DNA of 62,681 bases, counting the filler, from Reclinomonas americana ATCC 50394 (lineage: Eukaryota): NCBI GenBank assembly GCA_048213135.1. It is 5 parts of 4 records of this genome, joined end to end, with 100 filler letters (N's around TTAATTAATTAA, not from the genome) between each part and the next. Parts side by side here need not be neighbours in the genome. Positions count along the whole stretch, not along the records: positions 46,046 to 60,022 come from PS015390.1; positions 60,123 to 62,681 come from PS015391.1; 3 more parts are not named here. One strand, written 5' to 3'. The position numbers and the translations under genes are program-made. The notes below the pieces were generated by a model that worked only from the letters and a program-made list of their open reading frames with translations, searched no databases and had not been told where the DNA came from. Numbering within the stretch: the first letter of the stretch is position 1; every line of letters begins with the position of its first letter. Shown piece by piece: positions 54,640-62,681 of this stretch.

Positions 54640-55317
54640 TGTGAATGGCAAAAGTGTGATTCAGGAATGTCCTGCATGCTTTGTTGGCGAGGGTGGCGAG
54701 TGCATTGCCTCTGTCAGCGCGCAGTCGGGAGCAAGTTAATGTGCAGCACCCGCAACGATGCAACACAGGAGGCCGTTCTTGCTTTGAACACGATATCGCG
54801 ATCGACGTCGACGTTCGCGAAAATGGCTCTTCCTCGTTGCGCGCGCTCTCTGCGCAAAGCCGTGAACATCAGTATCAACCATCGCGCATGTGCTGTGCCT
54901 TCTCCGGCCTGCCTCGTTTGCACGACGTCGGTCAGCATGTTTTGGCGCCAAATGAAAACGACGGCCATTTTGTTTTTCTCGCATCGTTTCGTTGTTTCTC
55001 GGTGTGTGTGTGTGCTGTGATCGCGCTCTTCCATGTACCGTTCGCCAGTGAAGCGAGTTGCGTGGCGATCAGTGTCTGTGTGTGCGTGTGTGTGCGTCTG
55101 TGTGTGTGTGTTTATGTGTGTGAAAAAACGAAAGTGAGGCCGGACCACACCGTTGTCTGTGCGCCTCCTTTCGATCTCTCTCCGCTCGCACTGCCTTGTT
55201 GTTCACATTTGCCTTCGTGCCTATCGTGCGCCTCATCGACATCAACATCTCGCTTTCGCTCATCCATCGTCTTTTCAAGAAAACTCTCTCTCTCTCTCAC
55301 TCGCGCGCGCTCGTCAG

Positions 55318-58300
55318 GTGCCATCTGCCAATGGCGATGGTGAGCCGATTGTGAGTCCCAGTGGACGCACGACATCGGTCGTGTTTGAGTTGCGCGATGC
55401 AGCAGCGCGTTTTCGTCGTTGCGTCCTTTGCCTGAAAACACTCCACGTAGGCATCGCGCTGGATCGCCTTCACGAGGAGCAATGTCGCCTGTTACGTGTG
55501 TCGTCGTTCTCTCATGCGTGTCAGTGGTTGCTGACGACGTTTCCATTGCAGCCACCGATTGAAATGGAGCAGGATGAGGTGCGCCCTCCTGTCGTCGCCG
55601 ACTGCGAATCTTTGCACTGACGTCATGCGCAGACCCCGGAGAACACAGTGGTACTGCTTCCGTACTCGCACGCCGATCAGCGCCGCGTGCAGCGCATTCG
55701 CGACACGATTCGTACCTTTATCGATTCGCGTTACCGATCGCCCGATCGCGCTTTCGAGACGCTGGCCGGCATTCGACCGCGCACGGCAGCCAGCACTGCG
55801 GCCGCCAAGCGTGGTGGACCTCCGGCGCAGCACTTCACCGATCACCTTTCGGTTGATGCTTTCAATGTTGAGTGTGTTGTTGAACGGGAAAAGTTGTTGA
55901 CACACGACTCACTTGTTGGTGGTGTGCGATGCAAGGACCTGCTGGTGAAGGCCTTTGCCCACAAGCGCAATCTGGAGGATGACACCTTCGAATTCATCTG
56001 GAAGACAGTGGATCCGCTCGGTCACGGCTGCGTCACGCGCGATGTGTTCCTCAAGTTCCTCAATCCGGAACAACATCCGTTGCGTTGACCACCTCATTAT
56101 TGTCCCTTCATTTCTCTTTGCTCTCTCTCACACACACTCAATCTCTGTGTTTTTATTCTTTCCACGTCCCTCTTCCAAATTGTTCATCTCCTCTTGTCCA
56201 TTTCTTTCCTGTCCCCTCTCTCTTTCTTTCTTTCTCTCTTTCTTTCTTTCTCTTCTCTTCTCTTCTCTCGCGTTCTCCTCTCTTCTCTCCGCATTCTTTC
56301 CTCTTCTTCTCTCCGCATTCTCTTCTCTCCTCTTCTTCTCTTCTCCCTTCTCCTTTTTTCTCCTTCTCCCTCAAACCCCTTCGTGAAACTCACTTCCTTG
56401 CAGGCTGTTCGAGGCCGTTGACGCTCTGCCGGAGGATGCCGTCATTCACTCACACGACGCCGACGGCCGGCGAGTGGTTGTGGGTGTTGTCGTCGAGTTT
56501 CGTCATCACTTTTGCGTCACAGCCGTGCCTGCTCCTCTCACCCGTCGACGCAGTGACCGCCTGGTGCTCTCCGAATGCCTCGATCGCCTGCGTCGCGAGA
56601 CCTCCAGCATCAAGGAGCTCTTCCGCCGCTTCGACAGGGACCACTCGGGACTCGTGTTCCGTGAGAACATGGTGGAGGCGCTGCAGCAGTTGAACTTCAC
56701 CGAACCGGAGATCATCCTCATTTGGGAGGCGTTGGATCCGCAAGAGACCGGTGTCGTTGACTTTTCGCAGTTTGCCGCCGCCTTTAATCAATCCGTGTAT
56801 CAGCCGACACCACTCGTTAGGCGCGTCACGCATCGGCACTGCGCGCGGTGGTTGCTCACTATGCGATGTGCTGCTTACCTGTGTTTCGTGTTCGCGCAGC
56901 ATGGGAAGTCGATACAAGGCCAACAGTCAGATGCGGTCGCACCTCACGGGCGGTGGTGTGGTCGTGCGTGGCTACCGACAGACGCCACTTTCGGACCCGC
57001 AGTTGCGTCGAGGATTGCCCGTTTGATGTGATTGTGCGACGCTGCTCACGTGACGATTGCAGTGTTCTGGAGGATCGCAAGTGGAGCAGCGAGCATCGCT
57101 GCGACAAGGCGCTCGACGAGCAGCTCATCATGTTTCTGCGAACGAATGCGTTGCGTGACTTGCGAGATCCATCTATCACGTGCCCGCGTCCTCTGTTGAC
57201 ATGCGCCTCTTGCTACAGGCCTGCTCGTCAGCAACTGATCCGCGGTATTCGCGTGTTGGCCTCCCGCTCCCACGATCAGTTGCGCACACCCACGCATGAG
57301 CGTCGATTGCTTCGCCACTCATCCTTTTCCCCCGCCCCTCTTCTCCACAGCTGCGTCATCTTTGCCGACATTATGAGGCTGCTCCAGCAGGCCGGCGGCC
57401 CTCAACTGCTTCCGCCCGTGGCCGAGCGACTCAATCACATCCTGGACCCGCACAACTACGTCAGAATCCCACCCGAGCACTTTTTCATGTTTATCAACGC
57501 ACCAGAGGAGTTGCGTGTTTGTGGCGTTACCGGTGTCGGGACATCCATCTAACTTGGCGTGTGTGTTTGCGCAGTGAGGTGCACGCGCCGCTGGAACCCA
57601 CGCACCACGTGGAGGGTGTGGTGCGTCTCCATGCATGATTTCGCTCATTGCTCTTGCGTTCTGACTCACCAGTGCCCTCTCTCTCTCCATTGTATGCAGC
57701 CTGCTCACCTGGAGAAGGCGCTGACGGAGATCTCGCAGGAGCCGTTGCGTTGCCCGCTATTTCTTCACTCTATGCTCTTGCTGTTCGCGTCTCTCAATTC
57801 GCGCATACAGGCTGCCCGCGGCCGGTCGGTGGACGAGCACTGCGCGCCAGGTCTATTTGTTCATCGTTTGCTTGTGTCACCTCTCTCGCTCACGCACCAC
57901 ACTTTGCAGGCCGAACTGCAGCGCGTGCAGCAAAAAGATCCAACCAGCGAGGATGCCATCAGACACCGCGTGACGGCTCGCAAGACCGTGCAACTCATCG
58001 ACCAGCACCAAGATGCGATCGTGCGCACGTGTCGCCAGTACTGCGACAAGTTTCGTGCCCGAAGAAAGCAAAAAAAGTTGTTTCTGAAAACCTACGCTCA
58101 TCACCCACCCCACACGCAGATCGGGCGCTGGAGAAGTGTCGTACCGCGAGTATCAACACATTATTCGCCACTGCGGTGTCATTCTCAGCGAATCCGACTT
58201 TGTGCGTGTGGTGGCTCTGGTGGACCCGTCGACCACGGGTCGGATCCAGTACGCCACCGTGCCAAAGGACGCTCATGCGGCCATCAAGTTGCGTGGGAGA

Positions 58301-58385
58301 ACAGGGAAGGCGACAAGAAAAAATGGGTTGAGATTGTTGAGAAGTGTGCTGACATAGAGCAGAAAGTGGGAGAGGAGTCGAGAAG

Positions 58386-58423
<38 letters not shown>

Positions 58424-58753
58424 GGACTGAGCAGTCGTTCTCTTTTCTGCATCTCCTGCATTCTCACTCCATTTCCATTTTTCCTCTTCTTCTCCCTTTC
58501 GTAAATCCCTCTTCTTGTCCCTCATTCCTTTCCCTCATCTGCTCCCCTCAGCGTCTAACTTCTTCCCCTCACTACTTCCCTTTCTCCCTCCTTACCTTCC
58601 CTCTTCTGCCCTCCCCCCCCCCCTTCCCCTCATCTGCACAGATCCAACGCCCCCGCGGCCCTCAACGAAATCGACGCGGCCTACGAGGTGCTGCGCGCGC
58701 AGGAAAAGATCGACACACAAAACTTCCTGCGCAAGGGCACTCTTGGCAAGTGA
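55318..58753 (+). CDS. Multi-EF-hand protein (EFCAB6-like architecture; start uncertain)
   Basis: IWKTVDPLGHGCVTRDVF, LFRRFDRDHSGLVFRENM, IWEALDPQETGVVDFSQF, LVDPSTTGRIQY. Last exon SNAPAALNEID..GTLGK*. Confidence 0.75.
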
Positions 58754-59042
58754 GCCAGCGCTTTGCCGCTCTCAGCGTGTTTTTTTTTACTATTTTCCGA
58801 GTTCGTCTGTGCCTCCCACCTCGAAGAAGCAGCAAGTATACGTGCCAAGTCACTGAAAACAAGCAAGAGAGTATTGCGAAGTTGCAACAAAAGCTGCGAA
58901 ACGCATTGGAATCGTCCTCACGCGTGTCTATTCCGTTTTTCTGCATCTCTGTGAGCCAAGTGCTCTTGATCGTCTCCGTCGCTGTGTGCGGTCGCGACCA
59001 CCTTTTGTTGTGTTCGTGTGAGTGAGTGAGTGTGCGACCTCG

Positions 59043-59970
59043 ATGAGTGGTGGCAGTGCGCTGGAGACACTTCCGGGCTCGGTGTGGCTCGTCTCCTGGT
59101 TCCTCATCAATGTGCTACTGGCGGTGTTGAACAAGCTCATCTTTCAATGGACGACCTTCAAGTACCCCTTCTTGCTCAGCGCTATTCACATGGTATCTAT
59201 CACACTCCTTCTCGTTGTACTCCTTCTCTGTCTCCCTCTGTCTCCTTCTTCTCCTTCTCCTCTCCTCCCTCTCCCTCTTTCTCTCCTCTCCTCTCCCTCT
59301 CCCTCTCTCTCTCCCTCTCCCTCTCCCTCTCCCTCTCCCTCTCCCTCTCCCTCTCCTCTCCCTCTCCTTCGCCTCTCCTCCTTCTCCTCTCCTTCCTCTC
59401 CTCCGTCTCTCCTCCCTCTCCTCCTCCTTCTCCTCCCTTCCCTCCCTCTCCTCCTTCTCCTCTCCTCTTCTCCCACTTCTCCTTTGCCTCCCCTCCTTCT
59501 CCTTTGCCCATCCCACGCACCACAGGCCGTCTCCACGTGGCTCTCGCAAGTCTGGTGCGACTGGCTCAACATTCCCGATCCCATCGAGCAAGAGGCACAA
59601 CAGCAACAACAGCAACAGCGCGAACAGGGCGAGGAGCTGGTACCATTAAAGGCGGGTGACGGCATGTCACCGCTGTCGTCGTCGTCGGCAACCACCGGCA
59701 GCATGTCGCGAAAGCGGCTCATCTTTTGGTTCTCGTTTGTGTTTTCAATCAACATCGCCCTCGGCAACGTCAGTCTCTACTTTGCCACCCTCAGTCTGTC
59801 GCAGGTGCCTTGCCTTTTGTGCAACCCCTCTCGTTCTCCCACTCACTCCACGGTTGCAGGTCGTGCGTGCCACCATTCCCGGATTCACCATGGCCACGTC
59901 GTACCTCATTCTGCGCAAACGATTCTCGTTCAAGCTGTTGCTATCGGTGGCGCCGGTGATCTTGGGCACG
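59043..59970 (+). CDS. Triose-phosphate/nucleotide-sugar transporter family (TPT, SLC35E-like), N-terminal half
   Basis: LVSWFLINVLLAVLNKLIF..FKYPFLLSAIHM, FSINIALGNVSL..LSQ|VVRATIPGFT. Truncated at linker. Confidence 0.9.
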
Positions 59971-60327
59971 GTTCGGGCACTTCTTCCTTCCCCCCTCCAC
60001 GTCTCTTGCTAAACATGCATGTNNNNNNNNNNNNNNNNNNNNNNNNNNNNNNNNNNNNNNNNNNNNTTAATTAATTAANNNNNNNNNNNNNNNNNNNNNN
60101 NNNNNNNNNNNNNNNNNNNNNNGAGACAAGGAGGCGGCTCCATGCCGCATGCATCAGTCACGCAACTCGTCGAAAGGCCGACAGCAGCCGGGCGGCGCGC
60201 GAAAACAGCATTGTGTCAAGGTGCGTTGGCGTTGAATTGGCGTCTCCGCGCAATGGCGCCAATTGCGTGGACGGCGAAAAACACACCAAATCACTCACGC
60301 GTTGTGTGGCGTGCACGTGGACAAGCC

Positions 60328-62681
60328 ATGGCAGACAAGACGTTGCGTGTGTGTGCCAGAGAGAGAGAAGGAGGAAATGCAAACACGCGTGCGTCGTAAA
60401 AGTGCTCTATTTGGCTGGTGATGGCGCACCATGCCCGCCCTTTTTCCCCTCCTTTCCCCCTCTCTCTCTTAGAGTGCTCACTGTGTCGCGTTGTTGTTCG
60501 CACAGTGCCACTGCTGTTGCAGGCGGTGGTGGTGGCGCTGGTGTGGCCTCATTACCGCCTTCTGAATCATTACCGCCTGTGCGAGGAGCTTCCTCGTCAG
60601 TGTTGTCATCATCATCGTCGTCGTCGTCGTCGTCTTCATCGACAGCAGCAGCCGCAGGTGAGTCACCATACAAACGAGGCCTCTCTTTCTCTCTCTTGCA
60701 TTGTCCTCCTTCCGCTTCTCATGCAGTTGCGCATGTGGCGGCAGCTCGGCCGGATCACTTTGGCGAGTTGGATCCGGAACGGATACCTCTGCTGCTGCGG
60801 CAGTTGGTGGAAGAGGCGCTGTCGGGGTGCTTCTCGGCGTCAACGACAGAGTGCGGCTTCTTTGCATCGGTGCCGACGCACCCGGCTGTGTATCCGCACG
60901 TGGTGCGCGATCCGTGGTTTGCCAAGGACCTGATGAAGATCATTCGCGAGAGACACGACAATGTGCCAGTTGTGTGCTGAGAGGGGAGAGGGAAGGGGGG
61001 CGGGGAAGGGGAAGGAGAGAGTGGGAAAGTTGTCTCATCACTGTTGTCTGTGATTGTCGCTCCATGAGCAATGTGCAGCTTCGTGTTTTTTCTCCTCCTG
61101 CCACCAATCACTCTCTTGTCTCTTCCCCCTCCTTGTATTCTTCTTCTTCTTCTCACCTCTCGTTCTCCTTCTTGCCTCTACTTCAGCATCAGTCTTCATC
61201 CCTCCCCAACCTTTGTCCAGCCACCCGCTTGTCTCCTCCTCGTCCTCTCCTCCCTTCCTCATGCCTCTGTCTGTGCCGCAATCGTCTTGCATCCTCCACC
61301 TCCAGTCCTTCTTCTTCCTCTCCTCTTCTGCTCGCACTCTTTTCTTGCCTTCAGTCTCCACTCCTCGCCTGCCGTTGTCTTTCTCCTCTCCTCCCTTCCT
61401 TCTGCCTCTTTGTCTCGTCAGCAGCCCTCTTATCTCCTCCTTCCTCCCTTCTCCTTCTCCTCATCCTTCTCCTTGCGCAGCTCGTCCGTGCAAGCATCCA
61501 CGGCCTGTGCACCCTGGCGATGAGTCCGGAGGGACGCAGCGTAGTCATGGAGGCCGGAGCTCTGGATTTCGTGCTGGAGCTTGGCGCGAAGCCAGTCTAC
61601 GCCGATCTGCGCTGTGACTTGTATCTGGTGGCCACCGCGCTCACCTCGTCGGGGCTGGTGGTGAACGGCGTCAACCTGGCGCAGCGGATATTCCCGGCCT
61701 ATCGAGAATTGGTGTCGGAGCTGAGCTTCTGGACGCGCTTCCCGCTGAGTGCGGTGGCGAACACGTGCGGCAACTTTATCGACACGGCGCGCGGCGAGAG
61801 GACAGACTTTGTCAGTTTGTCCAACAAGGTGAGCGAGAGGAGGAGAATTACGACAGGGGGATAGGGTGTGGGCGCGCGACTGACGCATCGTGTGCATTGT
61901 TAGCGTGCCATTCTGGAGGATGTCGTGTTTCTGGAACGCCTGCAATGGTTGCTGGAGCAAATGGCGGTGGCGAGCAGTGGCAGCGCGGCGACGGCAACGA
62001 GTCCTCCGCCGTCGCTCACCAATGGTCACCATGCGAGTGTCATGCCGACGGCCAACGGCAGCGGTGGCGCTAGCGTGATTTCCATGGGAGCCACTCCGCC
62101 GGCGGGCGGTCCGGTGGCCTCTGGCGGCAGCAAGTTGGCGTATGCGTTTTCGTTGCTGCTGCAGGACGGTTCGCAGAATCCGGTTGCCAACGAGCATGCG
62201 GTTTCCATTGTGGACACTGGCCTGTTTCGGGTGCGTTGTTGGTTGACTGCTTGTGTGAGAGAGTGTGTGTGCGAGGGTGACGCTAAAAGAGTTGTGGCAT
62301 CGGTAGACGCTGTTCGTGACCGTGATTGAGCCAATGTGCATGGCGTACACACTCGACAACAAACTGGCCATCACGTGGATGGAGTTTGTGTGCAATCTGG
62401 CATTGACACGCGACTGTGGTCCACGGTCTGTGTACGGGCATCCTCTTCCATTCTTGTCTGATTCTGACGTGCGCGCACGGATCGCAGACTACTGAGCATT
62501 GAGAATTTTGTGGACACGCTGTGTGCGGTGGTGATGCGAGATCCCGCCGACGAGAACTTTTACCTGAAGAGTCTGGCCCTGAAGGCGTTGAACACGTGCA
62601 TGCTCAACTCCGGTGCGTATATGTGTATGTGTTTTCATGCATGGATGGATGCGCTAACATCGCGTCGTGCGCTGCAGACAT
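60328..62681 (+). CDS. ARM/HEAT-like helical repeat protein, runs off the window
   Basis: Exons LVRASIHGLCTLAMSPEGRSVVMEAGALDFVLEL, AVSIVDTGLF, WMEFVCNLAL, LALKALNTC, plus a Ser-rich N-terminus. Start is uncertain. Confidence 0.55.

Overview
Eukaryotic, GC-rich, intron-dense genomic scaffold with microsatellite-laden introns, consistent with a heterotrophic protist; the species cannot be named from sequence alone. It is not prokaryotic: there are no operons, CRISPR arrays or rRNA/tRNA genes that I can support. The window joins several contigs through four artificial N44-TTAATTAATTAA-N44 linkers and also has six N-gaps. I reconstructed about 18 spliced genes by eye. In order: a double TALE-homeodomain factor, SCAI, a Frag1/DRAM membrane protein, a PACS-like cargo-adaptor-domain protein, a TPR-ARM-SPRY protein, a U-box ligase with five copies of an unnamed ~80-aa repeat, an ADP-ribosylglycohydrolase, AOAH, an NLS/PD-(D/E)xK/kinase (Crinkler-RHS-like) protein, a short-motif repeat protein, BCAT (3' half), a secreted Pro-rich protein, a WD40/coiled-coil/IRAK-RLK-like kinase, stomatin, DUF445, PARG, a multi-EF-hand protein, a TPT-family transporter and an ARM protein. 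The strongest candidates for novelty are the repeat-domain U-box ligase, the nuclease-kinase effector-like gene between two gaps, the minimal PACS-like protein, the Pelle/RLK-like kinase, and a recurrent atypical GTTGCG splice donor. All family calls come from motif recognition, not database searches, and exon boundaries are manual.
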